Below are positions 1 through 10,102 of a DNA stretch of 64,000 nucleotides, piece after piece. The notes below the pieces were generated by a model. The model was not told the origin of the DNA and made no database searches. It saw only the letters and a list, made by a program, of their open reading frames with translations. Source of the DNA: an uncultured Planctomycetota bacterium (GTDB lineage Bacteria; Planctomycetota; Planctomycetia; Isosphaerales; Isosphaeraceae). A program made the translations under genes and the position numbers. The stretch covers positions 416,001-480,000 of the forward strand of contig CAWGMQ010000005.1 of assembly GCA_963823665.1 (NCBI GenBank), read 5' to 3'. The first letter of the stretch is position 1. Each line of letters begins with the position of its first letter.

Positions 1-346
1 GAAGGCGATCGCAGTCGAGGACCACTTCCAGCTCGGTGCGCCACTGGGGGAATCGTTGCACCAGCTCCGACAGCGACGGTTCCTGGCCTTCGCCCCGACG
101 AAGGCAGACTTCCTCATAGATCAATCGGATCGCCGCGTCTGGTTGCGCGTAGAGGGGCGGATGACGCTTGAGAAATACCTCGGCCGGCTGCCGTTGCCCA
201 CCGGCCCACGCCGCCGCAAACTCTTCGACCAGGCGCGTCACGGAGCCGGCCTCGCGGCTGCGCGAGAGCAGCTCGCCACCGGAATAGAGCGGCAGGGCGC
301 TCTCGCCCGTCACGAAGCCTGTTGGTCTTTCATCGTGACGATCCAA
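1..346 (-). CDS. N-terminus of a probable planctomycete Ser/Thr protein kinase (runs off the window)
   Basis: Manual translation gives ...LVEEFAAAWAGGQRQPAEVFLKRHPPLYAQPDAAIRLIYEEVCLRRGEGQEPSLSELVQRFPQWRTELEVVLDCDRL, the helical N-terminus typical of ECF-linked planctomycete kinases. TTG start at 346 with GAGGG upstream; directly downstream of an ECF gene. The kinase domain itself is not in the window. Confidence 0.7.
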   Translation of the reverse strand, partial: MDRHDERPTGFVTGESALPLYSGGELLSRSREAGSVTRLVEEFAAAWAGGQRQPAEVFLKRHPPLYAQPDAAIRLIYEEVCLRRGEGQEPSLSELVQRFPQWRTELEVVLDCDRL

Positions 347-377
347 GTCGTGGTCCCTCTTCGTCCGAGCGCGCCTT

Positions 378-971
378 TCAGGTGGTTTCGATCGATGAGC
401 GGTGGAGCGCCGGGCGCTCGAAGGCAACCCGACACGCCAGGTCGTGGAAGATGCGGTGCACGCTGCCGACATGAAGGCCGGTCCGGCGGGCGATTTCGGC
501 CACGGGTGTGCCGCGCATCCGGAGCCGCACAATCTCCTGGTGCGCGGCGGGGCACAGCGCCAGCATCCGCTCGAACAGTTCCTGGGCTTGCACGTGCTCG
601 CTGGGGCTGGGCAGTTGCGAGACCGGCTCGTGCTCCCGCGGCAGCTCGACGAGCGGGCGCTCCCGCGCGACTGCGGTCCGATGACGGCGGAGATGGTCAA
701 TGAACCGATGACGGGTCAATTTGACCAGAAACGCGCGGAGATGGGCCTCGTCAGCGAAGCGCCAACCAGCCTCTCGGAAGCCGCGCAGCACGTCGGCCCA
801 GACCGACTGCACGACATCCATCGAGTCGAACTTGGCCCGCAGCCGTCCCGGCAGTTTCTTGCGCACCACCATGCGAAGATACGGCTCGAATGCCAGGAAG
901 ACCTGCTCTGCCGTGGCCGGATCGCCACTGCATAGTTTTTCGAGCAGGGAATCCAAAGGTTGGATCGTCAT
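378..971 (-). CDS. ECF RNA polymerase sigma-70 factor
   Basis: MTIQPLDSLLEKL...LRAKFDSMDVVQSVW (region 2)...EIARRTGLHVGSVHRI (region 4 HTH). ATG at 971 overlaps the upstream stop (ATGA). Confidence 0.9.
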   Translation of the reverse strand: MTIQPLDSLLEKLCSGDPATAEQVFLAFEPYLRMVVRKKLPGRLRAKFDSMDVVQSVWADVLRGFREAGWRFADEAHLRAFLVKLTRHRFIDHLRRHRTAVARERPLVELPREHEPVSQLPSPSEHVQAQELFERMLALCPAAHQEIVRLRMRGTPVAEIARRTGLHVGSVHRIFHDLACRVAFERPALHRSSIETT

Positions 972-2047
972 GGCAACCCCAGGGGCCAAGGACCGACCGG
1001 GAAGGGCCCGTGCCCCCGACCAGCGGACGACTCCACAATCAGCGAGCGGCGGAACAGCGGGCGGCCTCGGCGCGACGCCCTGCGTGCCACAACCAAGGCG
1101 CCGGCAGCGCCAATCCAGGCAAGCCACAGCGACCGCGACGGACGACCGTGCGCGGAGCCTGCCAGGCCGCCGAGTCGGGCGAGGAATTGCCGCAGCTCTC
1201 CGTCGACTGCCTCCCAATCGGCATTGACGGCGGCATCCAGAAGCTCAGGCGAAGAGAAGACAAGGGACGCCGCCGAGAAGACGAGCGAGCGCGATTCGTC
1301 GCCGCGGAGGCCGGAAACCGCTCGCGATTCTCCCGGCGAGAATATGGACCTGTCAAGCACCAGGACGACTGTGCCGGAGGAACCCGTCGGTGCCGGGGAT
1401 TCTGCCGCGCCGAGCCCCAGATCGGCGTCGAGCGCGGCCGAGTCACCGAACGCGTTGGCCGCGGAGGTGACCAGCGACATCGCGCCCTCGGGCACTGACC
1501 CGACGGCGGAAGCCACGGCCGCGGAATCGGACACGTCGCCACCGCTTGCGCCGAAGAGCAAGTCGGAGCCATTCTGTGCGCCTTCGAAGGCCGGCTCGTG
1601 CGACCCAAGATCGGAGCTTCGCGACTCCGTGGGGGCAGAATCCAGCAGTTGTCGCTGCGGAGACTTCTTCGCGTTTGACCGCCGAACGATACCATTCGTG
1701 CTCGAACTGATGGCGACGCTGGCAGGGGAGGCCGGTGGATTGGCGCTCGTCACGTTGACGGTAAGGGCGCGCGCACCAGCAACCAGGCTATTTGCCGGCT
1801 CGGTCTCCTGAGAAGTGCTGGCGCCATCTGGTTGGACCAATGCGGGCGCGACGACCACGACGGCTTTCTGGTCGACGACGAGAACCTCCACAGGCGTCGA
1901 CCGGATCGGCGACACGACGCTCAGCAAATGCCTCCCCTCGAGCATTTCAATCGCCGCGGCACGGACCCGGGAGTGACGGCGCTGCAGCCTCCTGGACTTC
2001 TCGCAATGGGCCAACCCTGTGATCCAATCGGTTCGCACGTTCGTCAC
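968..2047 (-). CDS. Hypothetical exported/membrane protein with planctomycete export signal
   Basis: Arg-rich N-terminus followed by IEMLEGRHLLS, a Ser/Ala-rich middle and a C-terminal hydrophobic helix (LWLAWIGAAGALVVA) followed by basic residues; translationally coupled to the ECF gene. Confidence 0.7.
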   Translation of the reverse strand: MTNVRTDWITGLAHCEKSRRLQRRHSRVRAAAIEMLEGRHLLSVVSPIRSTPVEVLVVDQKAVVVVAPALVQPDGASTSQETEPANSLVAGARALTVNVTSANPPASPASVAISSSTNGIVRRSNAKKSPQRQLLDSAPTESRSSDLGSHEPAFEGAQNGSDLLFGASGGDVSDSAAVASAVGSVPEGAMSLVTSAANAFGDSAALDADLGLGAAESPAPTGSSGTVVLVLDRSIFSPGESRAVSGLRGDESRSLVFSAASLVFSSPELLDAAVNADWEAVDGELRQFLARLGGLAGSAHGRPSRSLWLAWIGAAGALVVARRASRRGRPLFRRSLIVESSAGRGHGPFPVGPWPLGLP

Positions 2048-2538
2048 TTCCCGGCCAAGGAAAGCCTCCGTGCCAGTGGCGCGAGCACGTCATCCCCGAG
2101 GACTCAGTGCATCGAACTGCATTGTTTACGGTCCATGTACGAGGAATCGTCGAATCGTCGGTGATCTTGGCCGCCCATGCGCAAGCCCGAGCGGCACTGC
2201 CCCGGCCGCAACTTTCTCCCGAGCCGCGAGCGCCGGCGCAATCCCGCATTTTGAGTATACTCGCTTTCTTGATCGGACGGCAAGCGAACGGACGGCGCAC
2301 TCGGGCGTTCGCGACCAAGACACAATTGCCGCCTTCAGGCCGGTGGATTTTCGCGGATTCGGGGATGTGAATCTCGACAACCAGGCTGATCTCGATTGCT
2401 GACGGGAAGAGGTTCCCGACACTTTTGTTCCTTGGCGATGCATTTGTAATCCTGCGTCCCTGTGTTCTCCGAGCGCCCGTTTTGACCAAATCGTAACGCT
2501 TGATTATCATTGTGCAAACGCGACGTTGTCATCTCGCT

Positions 2539-2569
2539 GCCGGGGCTCGCACTGGGCGCCGGCTTTTTT
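2539..2569 (+). terminator. Possible intrinsic terminator/attenuator hairpin upstream of the ABC-F gene
   Basis: GCCGG-g-GCTC-gcact-GGGC-g-CCGGC followed by TTTTTT, about 150 bp before the ABC-F start. Confidence 0.3.
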
Positions 2570-2720
2570 CGTAGCGGTGCCAACGATTCGAGCTGAGTTG
2601 AACTGTCGCGCCAGGCGCGCCTGGCCGCGGAGCTTGGTGCCGGTGCGGGGTCGCGGAGTCTGGCGCTTGACAAATGGCGCCCGAGAGCGGGCGTGTCTCT
2701 TCAGGGAGCTTGATTGATCA

Positions 2721-4509
2721 ATGGCCGTGTTGTTGCAAATCCGGGACGCTCACAAGAGCTATGGAGGGCAGGCGCTCCTCGATGGCGCCGAGGTCTCCGA
2801 TCACCGATGACGTGAAAGTCGGGTTCGTCGGACGGAACGGGGCCGGCAAGAGCACGCTGCTCAAGATCTTGATCGGCGAAGACGAGCTCGACCGCGGCGA
2901 GGTGATTCGCCATCCCAGGCTCCGCCTGGGCTACCTCCGCCAGCATGATGCGTTCTTGCCGGGCGAGACGGTGATCGACTTCCTGATGCGAGACAGCGGC
3001 CAGCCCGACTGGAAATGCGGTGAAGTGGCGGCGCAGTTTGAGTTGAAAGGCGCCTATCTCGAAGGCCCGATCAAGATGCTATCGGGAGGATGGCAAACCC
3101 GGGTCAAACTGGCAGCGCTATTGCTTCACTCGCCGAATCTGCTGCTGCTCGACGAACCGACCAACTTTCTCGACCTGCGCACCCAGATCCTTCTCGAGCA
3201 CTTCCTGCGGAACTTTGAGGAGGCTTGCCTGATCGTCTCGCACGATCGCGCGTTTCTGGGCGCCACTTGCGACCACACACTCGACCTCTCTCGCGGAAAG
3301 TTGACGATGTTCGCGGGGAAGATCGACGACTATCAGGAGAATCAAAAGGAACGGCGCAAGCACGACGAACGCGTCAATGCGGGCGTCCTCGCCAAGAAGA
3401 AGCACCTCGAAGAGTTCATCGCCAAGAACAAGGCCCGAGCGAGCACAGCGACACGGGCGAAGTCGAAAGAGAAACAGCTCGAGAAACTCGAGCTGGTCGA
3501 GATCGCGGCGGATGAGCCCACTGTCAGCATCCGCGCTCCACTGGTCGAGGCCCGGCGCGGGCCGGCACTTCGCTGTATCGACGTGGCGATCGGCTACCCC
3601 GACCGGCAAATCGCCAGCGAGATCCGGGCCGAAGTCGAGCACGGCTCGCGAACCGCGGTCGTCGGCGACAATGGTCAGGGGAAGACCACGTTCCTGCGCA
3701 CCATCGTCAACTCGCTCGAGCCGCTCGAGGGAGAAGTTCGCTGGGGGCACGGCTGCAACATCGGAATCTACGCCCAGCACGTTTACACGAGCCTGCCGCA
3801 GGACCAGACGGTTCTCCAGTACCTGGAAAACGTCGCGCCCGGCGGGACAAAGATCCAGGAGATCTTGAACGGCGCCGCGTCGCTGCTTTTCCGCGGGGCC
3901 GACGTCCGTAAGAAGGTCTCGGTGCTCTCAGGCGGAGAGCGCGCGAGGCTCTGCCTGGCGGGGCTGATGCTTTCCCGATACAACGTCCTCATCCTCGACG
4001 AGCCCGGCAACCACCTTGATGTCGAATCCGTCGACTCGCTGGCCGAGGCGCTCCTGGCCTACAACGGGACCGTCATCTTCACCAGCCACGATCGATACTT
4101 CCTGAAACGAGTCGCGACATCGATCATCGAGGTGCGCGACGGCCGGGTGGTGAACTACCTCGGCGACTACGAGTCTTATCTGTACTCCGTCACGAAGGAG
4201 ATCGAGGAAGGCGAGCGCGAAACCGCGACTCAGATGTCGAAACCACCGAAAGACCTCTTGAAGGCCAAGCCCACGGCCAAGGCAGCCCGCCGCGGCGAAC
4301 AGGAGCTTCGCAAGGAGATTTACAACGTCGAAAAGATGATCGCCAAGCTTGACGAGCAGAAGAAGCTCGCCAGTACGCAACTCCTCGCCGCGAGCGACCC
4401 GAAAGAGGCGCTTCGGCTGCACCACGAGCTTTCGGAGCTGGCCAAAGAGCTTGGTGTTGCGGAAGATCGCTGGTGTGCGTTATTCGAAGAGCTTGGGGAG
4501 TCGAGTTGA
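2721..4509 (+). CDS. ABC-F family ATP-binding protein (frameshift near 2798)
   Basis: MAVLLQIRDAHKSYGGQALLDGAEVS joins ITDDVKVGFVGRNGAGKST after a one-base shift. Two ABC domains (GRNGAGKST/LSGGW/LLLDEPTN and GDNGQGKTT/LSGGE/ILDEPGN), no TM segments, C-terminal coiled coil. Confidence 0.9.
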
Positions 4510-4552
4510 TGGCTTGGGATCTGGCGCGGGTTGGCTGTGTTGATTTTGCGGG

Positions 4553-4576
4553 CGGGACACGGAGTGTGCCTGCTAC
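4553..4576 (-). repeat. GTAG-type REP-like element, family A
   Basis: Minus strand reads GTAGCAGGCACACTCCGTGTCCCG; a near-identical copy lies at 60403-60427. Sits between convergent genes. Confidence 0.7.
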
Positions 4577-4579
4577 AAG

Positions 4580-6225
4580 TCACGGCAGCGTCGAGTAGAT
4601 CACGATGTTGGCGACGATCTTCTTTGCGCTTTCGGGCGTGTAACTCTTCGCTTCAATGTTTGCGTTCCTGTCGAGCACGCTGCCGATGTCGTATTTCGAA
4701 TAGATGATGCCCCAATGGTCGTCGATCCGCACTCCCTCAAGCTCGGGATACCCACGCTTACCGCCGGCTGCCTTGTTGTACTGAACGCTCGAGAGATCAG
4801 AGCCGACATTCTTCTTGAAGAGCTCGTCTTCGTGTGGGATCGGGACGAGCTGGCGATCGGGGCATAGGTCTTTGACGAAGCGACGGAAGGACGCATCGAA
4901 CTCGGCGCCCGAGGCGTGGGCGTCGACGAAGATTGTGGCGCAGCCCGGATCGAGATGCTTGCGCAAGGCTTCCAGATCGGCTTTGTCTAACGTCGGCATC
5001 TTGCGGCCATGCAGGTAGACGAGCGGATAGTAGACGAAGTTCGGGTCGCGCGGGACAACGACTTTTTCGATTATGTCGACATCGAAGGACAACGGAGGCT
5101 TTTCGAGGAATTCCATCAAGTTGGGCATGGCGCGCGGAGCGAGGTCCCAGTCGCCGGCGTGTTTGAGCCTGGCGATTCGCAGGGCCCCGCGTTTTGGAGG
5201 TTGCCGCGGGGTCTTCGGTTTTTGGGGGACTGGCTCGGGTTGAGCCGCGGCCGGTTTGGCGACCTTGGCTGTCTCTGAATTAAGTTTGGTCGACGCTTGC
5301 GGATCGGAGCTTGCTGTTGAGCGGCCGTTGTCCTGCGCGCGCGATGCGGGTATCAGTCTCGTCGTGGTCCAGCCAACGGCGCCGAGCAAGCCCGTTGCCA
5401 TGGATGCGATCAAGGCGATCTTGAGCTTTGTCATGGCCAAGGTTCGGATGATTCCTTCGGTGAGGAGAGCCGTTCCGGCGGTGACTGAGCCGGCGGTGAG
5501 CGCGCCTCGGGTTGCAAGTTGCGTTGCGGCGCGAATGGTTTGACCGAGCAACTTGACGGGGACGGCCGACATCGGATCGTTCGCGAGCAACGGGCCGTGC
5601 GCGAGGAGAGACGTCGCAAAACCGCGCCGGACCAATCGCGAGCGCAGCCGCTCGCGGCCTGCGCCAGCCGGCTCTTCACGGTGCCGACCGGACAGCGAAG
5701 CTCGATGGCGGCTTGCTCGTGGGTCTGACCCTCGATGTCGCAAAGGATGAGCGGAGTTCGGAAGCGCGGTGGCAGACCGTCGAGCTCTGCATCGAGGATG
5801 GCTCGGAGCTCATTCGACTCAATCCCGTCATCACGATGATCGTGCACGTCGACTTGCTCCAACCCGATGCGCTCGACAGACCGCCTGCGCTTCGAATCGG
5901 CACGGGCGCGCACGGCTACCCGGCGGGCAACCCCGTAGAGCCAGCTTCCCAGGACGTCGCGGTTGCGAATCGATTTCGCGTTCTTGACCAGGATCAGGAA
6001 TGTGGCCTGGAAGGCATCTTCGACGTCGTGTTCGTCGTCGAGGACGTGCCGGCAAATGCCGAGCACCATCCGCCCATGCCGGTTGACGATCGCCTCGAAA
6101 GCCGATTCATCACCTCGAGCGAGAAATCGATCGAGAAGCTGGTGCTCCGGAAGTGACGAAGTCGTGCCACTCTCGAATAGTCGCTGAATGGTTTCGACCA
6201 ACGCGCTCTGTTCAACGCTCGGCAT
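4580..6225 (-). CDS. ECF sigma factor with TM segment and C-terminal DUF4159-like domain (frameshift near 5670)
   Basis: [12 protein letters not shown] and CPVGTVKSRL sigma motifs; continues in another frame through the TM helix (KLKIALIASMATGLLGAVGW) into RIARLKHAGDW...YPLVYLHG...IFVDA...IIYSKYDIG. Confidence 0.85.
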
Positions 6226-6298
6226 CGTTTCCCATCTCCAGAACATTCGCCGTCTACTCTATCAGTGCAGGATCGGCGGCGATCGTTCCATTTTTTTC

Positions 6299-7025
6299 TC
6301 AATCATCCTGGCGATACGACCATCTCGTGCCCAGTTCCACGTTTGTGTCTGTACCGAGTAGTAAGGAAAAGTGGTCCGTCTCTCGGACTCCGGAGTGAAA
6401 CCGGACAAAGCCGGTTCGTCCACCCGGATTGGGATCGATAAAGAGGCCGACTGTCTTCGAATTGGGGTCGAACCCCGATGCGGCCAGCCGGAATGGGCCA
6501 ACCCAACGAGGCGCGCTTATGCTGTGCCCGGTTCTCGACTCGATCGGCCAAACTCTCGAGGCTCGATCTGTAAACAAGAAAAGCCAGATGCAGCGGCCAA
6601 ACGGTTGCAAGCGTGATCCCGGGCATCATGGCCAAAACGAGCACCGAAGCCCAGGATACCCATGGCGATCTTCTCGGTGTCGCGTCTACCTGGGTCGCAA
6701 GCTTGGCCCAAGCCGTTCCCAATGCACCGATTGCTGGAAGAAACGCCATGAACCATGCGATTCGGAGTGCTGGCGTGAGCATGTAATCCGGATACAGCGA
6801 GGCGAGTGCGTAGAGAGTGTTGCTCAGAATCGCTATGCCGACGAAGCCGACCGCCGCCAATCGACGGAACCGCCAGGCGGAAAGGCACGCGCCAGCGACC
6901 AAAATCGCACATGGAATGGCCAGGGACCAGAGTGGGACATAAGCTGCTAGGAATTGGACGTACACGGCTAGTAATCCGGCCGCAACGCCGACCCACAACA
7001 TCATGGTCTTTAAGGTAAATCGCAT
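6299..7025 (-). CDS. Hypothetical multi-pass membrane protein (frameshift near 6530)
   Basis: MRFTLKTMMLWV start, about five hydrophobic segments, WPLHLAFLVYRSSLESLADRV; the C-terminus continues in ORF 6299..6610 (PRWVGPFRL...WSYRQDD). Confidence 0.6.
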
Positions 7026-7274
7026 GTCTTCACGGCCCCTCTGCATCCGCTCGAGGAGTCGGCCTGGAGCTCGATCGACATTGTCGCTCTGTGCGGCACC
7101 GGTTCGGCCGCAGCCGGTGCGCTGAGGCAGCGTACCGGCCTGCCGCAATGTACCTTGATGGTACCACACGCGACCGCCGGCGCGGGGTTGTTCGTTGTGT
7201 GATGCGCGGAGTTTTGGGGACTGGCCCTCGGCGTTCGCAACAATGGTCGACTACGACCGCCAGGAGCTGGCCGT

Positions 7275-7991
7275 TTACGAGGCCGTCTCAAAGTTCGACG
7301 ACTCAGTCATGCCCATTTCCGGGCGAATCGGTTCCTGACACCTTTTTTCGAGGAAGTGCAGCCACTCGTCCATTCCCTGGCCGCTTTTTGCTGATAGTTC
7401 GAAGATCTGCATGCCGGGACGCACGGATTGGATGTTTCGGTGCGCCGCGGCGCGATCGAAATCGACGGCGGCTGCCAGGTCGATCTTGGTGATGATCGCG
7501 ACATCGGCGCTGTTGAAGATCGGAGGGTACTTGAGCGGCTTGTCTTCCCCCTCGGTCACCGAGAGGAGCACCAGACGAAGCGTCTCGCCCAGATCGTAGG
7601 AGGAGGGGCAGACGAGATTACCCACGTTTTCCACAAAAAGGAAATCGAGCTCGTCCAGGGCCCAGCCTTCGAGCGCATTTTCGACCATTGCGGCTTCGAG
7701 GTGGCAAACCGTGCCGGTGGTGATCTGCCGAGTCGGCACCTGCGCACGGGCCAGACGCTGGGCGTCGTTGTCGGTGGCGAGGTCGCCAACCAATGCAGCC
7801 ACGCGGTACCGAGCCCGAAGCAGCCCAAGTAACTTTTCCAGGAACGCGGTCTTTCCGGCGCCTGGGCTTGACACCAGGCTTACCACGTAAACCCCGGCTT
7901 CGCGGAACCGCTGGCGCAGAGCCCGGGCTGCCACGTCGTTTTGCTTGAGGACGTGCTGGCGTACCTGAATCAGCCGTGTTTCGACGCTCAT
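7275..7991 (-). CDS. hypB: Hydrogenase nickel incorporation GTPase HypB
   Basis: SSPGAGKT P-loop, TTGTVCHL, ENVGNLVCP, TEGEDKPLKYP, TKIDL. Confidence 0.95.
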   Translation of the reverse strand: MSVETRLIQVRQHVLKQNDVAARALRQRFREAGVYVVSLVSSPGAGKTAFLEKLLGLLRARYRVAALVGDLATDNDAQRLARAQVPTRQITTGTVCHLEAAMVENALEGWALDELDFLFVENVGNLVCPSSYDLGETLRLVLLSVTEGEDKPLKYPPIFNSADVAIITKIDLAAAVDFDRAAAHRNIQSVRPGMQIFELSAKSGQGMDEWLHFLEKRCQEPIRPEMGMTESSNFETAS

Positions 7992-8332
7992 TGGATTTCC
8001 ATCGCGACAACTTGCAGGTCACGGCCGCTAACCACGTCGTGGCTCGGCGTGCCGCACTCCGCACAGCAAAGCTGCTGCACCGAAACGACGGGCCGCGTGG
8101 TGCGGCAGACCGGGCAATGCACCAGCACCGGAACCTCTTCGATAACCAGTTGAGTCTCCGCGAATGGCGAACCTTCTCGGGCCAGTTCATAGGCGGAGAC
8201 AAGCGCTTCTTTTACAACTCCTGATAGGGGCCCCAGCTTCAAGTGGATTCCCACGACGCGCACGCTCCCTTGCCTCTGGGCTTCCTCACTCGCCACATCC
8301 AGTATACTCAATGCGATGGAGAGTTCGTGCAT
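7988..8332 (-). CDS. hypA: Hydrogenase nickel metallochaperone HypA
   Basis: MHELSIA N-terminus, two CxxC motifs (CPVC, CAECG), SGRDL C-terminus. Confidence 0.95.
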   Translation of the reverse strand: MHELSIALSILDVASEEAQRQGSVRVVGIHLKLGPLSGVVKEALVSAYELAREGSPFAETQLVIEEVPVLVHCPVCRTTRPVVSVQQLCCAECGTPSHDVVSGRDLQVVAMEIQ

Positions 8333-8844
8333 CAGGAACCATTCGCGAGAATCTGAGTCACGAGGGACTCGATCAGGGTAATCGCCTCCTCGACGGCGGC
8401 TTGCACCGGTGTGCTCATCTCCAGCTTCATGTCGTCGTCAGAGGTCATTGGACCGGGCTCGCAGCCGACGAGCAAGACGCTCTTGATCGTGCTGCCCAGT
8501 TCCCGGGCCATGCGCAGCACCTTCACCGGATCCATGGAGTGGAGCTCGACGGCCGCGCCTGTCAGACCATCTGAAGACACTTCAGGTTCAATAACGTACA
8601 CGGTTCCCACCGTGCCGCCGCGGGGAAGAGCGTCCACGAGGATCACCGTGTCATAAGGGTCGAGCAGAGCATACGCCAGGTCAAGACCGCGAATGCCAAA
8701 ATCGACCACGCGCACGGTGTCCGGGAGCGGGCGCTGCGCCAGGCGCCGGGCGACCTCAGAGCCGAACGCATCGTCTCCGAAGAAGATGTTGCCGATGCCG
8801 GCGATGAGGATGCGTGCGGCGCTCATGTCGGTGGTCACAATCAC
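8332..8844 (-). CDS. Hydrogenase maturation endopeptidase (HyaD/HybD/HupD family)
   Basis: ILIAGIGNIFFGDDAFG, DFGIRGLDL, ILVDA, HSMDP, VGCEP. The start may be the ATG at 8826. Confidence 0.92.
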   Translation of the reverse strand: MIVTTDMSAARILIAGIGNIFFGDDAFGSEVARRLAQRPLPDTVRVVDFGIRGLDLAYALLDPYDTVILVDALPRGGTVGTVYVIEPEVSSDGLTGAAVELHSMDPVKVLRMARELGSTIKSVLLVGCEPGPMTSDDDMKLEMSTPVQAAVEEAITLIESLVTQILANGS

Positions 8845-8847
8845 ACT

Positions 8848-9400
8848 TCATCCGTCCTGCCTGCGGCCCACCAGATCGAAAGCGAGCTTCAGCTCGTCCT
8901 TCAAGGTAATCATGCCGCCGAGGGCGGAAACCCGCTTGATTCGATAGGCGGGCTGCGAAAGCGGGCAGTCGCCGGTCAAACGGATCTCGTCTTCCATCAC
9001 TCGCAATTGCGCGTCCGCCCGCAGAGGGTTTGTGACACCATGCAGGGAAAGCTTTCCGGCGATTCGAAGCCGAGTACCACCCTCCGGCGATCTTGCTTGA
9101 AGTGATTTCCGTACTTTGAAAGACGATTTCCGGATAGGCGGCGGTTTCCAGCACCTCCTGGCGCATCCTGCTTTCAATCTCATCGCGGTCCTTGGCACTG
9201 ACGGTGTCGGTCAAGGCGAGGGAAGCCGCCTGGACCGTCAGGTTGATCGCCGCATCGGCGATCGCGTCGGGCGCGAAACGAATCTCACCCGTGAACGTGC
9301 GGACCGCGAACGTCGGACTGTGCCCGAGGGCCGAGAGAGCGCCCGCGACAAACGCCTGAACGGTGAATCGACTTTGCGAGTCGTCCAGCAAGTAACGCAT
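8848..9400 (-). CDS. YceI-family (polyisoprenoid-binding) protein without signal peptide (frameshift near 9075)
   Basis: MRYLLDDSQSRFTVQAF...GHSPTFAVRTFTGEI...VLETAAYPEIVFQST joins RLRIAGKLSLHGVT...YRIKRVSALGGMITLKDELKLAFDL. Confidence 0.8.
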
Positions 9401-9495
9401 CGTTTCAGGGCCCGATCGGACCAAGCCGGAATGCAAAACGACACACGGGCGGAACGGGGCGAGCGATCGAGCACTCGCCACCGGGCGACCGCGGC

Positions 9496-9705
9496 TCACA
9501 TGGCTTTCAGTTTCAAGTAACGCTCCACATCCGGCAGAACGCCACCGATGCCGTTGCCCAGCGACCCGAGCGGAGCGATGCCCCCCAGCAAGGTGCGGCG
9601 GACGGCAGGGTGCGCCAGAATCAGCCCGGCGCCGAAAGCCACCAGTGCAATTCCTCCGGCTAGCAACACGGCGTCGCGAACATCTGAGTTTGTGTTTTCC
9701 TGCAT
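9496..9705 (-). CDS. Small single-TM protein ending PDVERYLKLKAM (DUF6893-like, seen in group 1h clusters)
   Basis: 69 aa, hydrophobic helix LLAGGIALVAFGAGLILA, GAGG RBS upstream. Confidence 0.7.
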   Translation of the reverse strand: MQENTNSDVRDAVLLAGGIALVAFGAGLILAHPAVRRTLLGGIAPLGSLGNGIGGVLPDVERYLKLKAM

Positions 9706-9781
9706 GGGTCACCTCTCTTGTCAGTGAAAGTAACGGTCGGCAGAACGCAATTCGTGGACTTGACTGATCGGTCCATCCGGG

Positions 9782-10102
9782 TCAGATAGCCTCGCTTGGA
9801 CTCGTTTCGGGCTGAAACAGCTCGACCTCGTCGATGCCGAAATAGAAACAATGGCCTGGCTGGCGCAACTGACCCAGGTCGCGGCCGGGATCATCGTCCA
9901 GCACCACGCCCAGGTAGACGCGGTCTTCGAAATCCTGTTCGATCGCTTCGATCGTCGCGGTTTTTCCCTCGAGGGCCATGTCCAGGATGTCGGCCCGGCC
10001 GAGCGGATGAAGCCGGACTCGGTCGCCGGGTTTGAGCTCGAGATCGTTTGCGCGAACGCTCTCCAGTCGCGGCCTGTCAATAAACGGATCCCAGTCATTC
10101 AT
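9782..10102 (-). CDS. Conserved group 1h hydrogenase accessory protein (small, SH3-like)
   Basis: PGDRVRLHPLGRADILDMAL...IEQDFE...DDDPGRDLG...PGHCFYFGIDEVE; ATGA-coupled to the upstream gene. Confidence 0.7.
   Translation of the reverse strand: MNDWDPFIDRPRLESVRANDLELKPGDRVRLHPLGRADILDMALEGKTATIEAIEQDFEDRVYLGVVLDDDPGRDLGQLRQPGHCFYFGIDEVELFQPETSPSEAI

Noticed and set aside
2060..2077. TGGCAC on the minus strand upstream of ORF 968..2047 as a sigma54 promoter
   Set aside because: No GC at the -12 position (GG-N10-TT).
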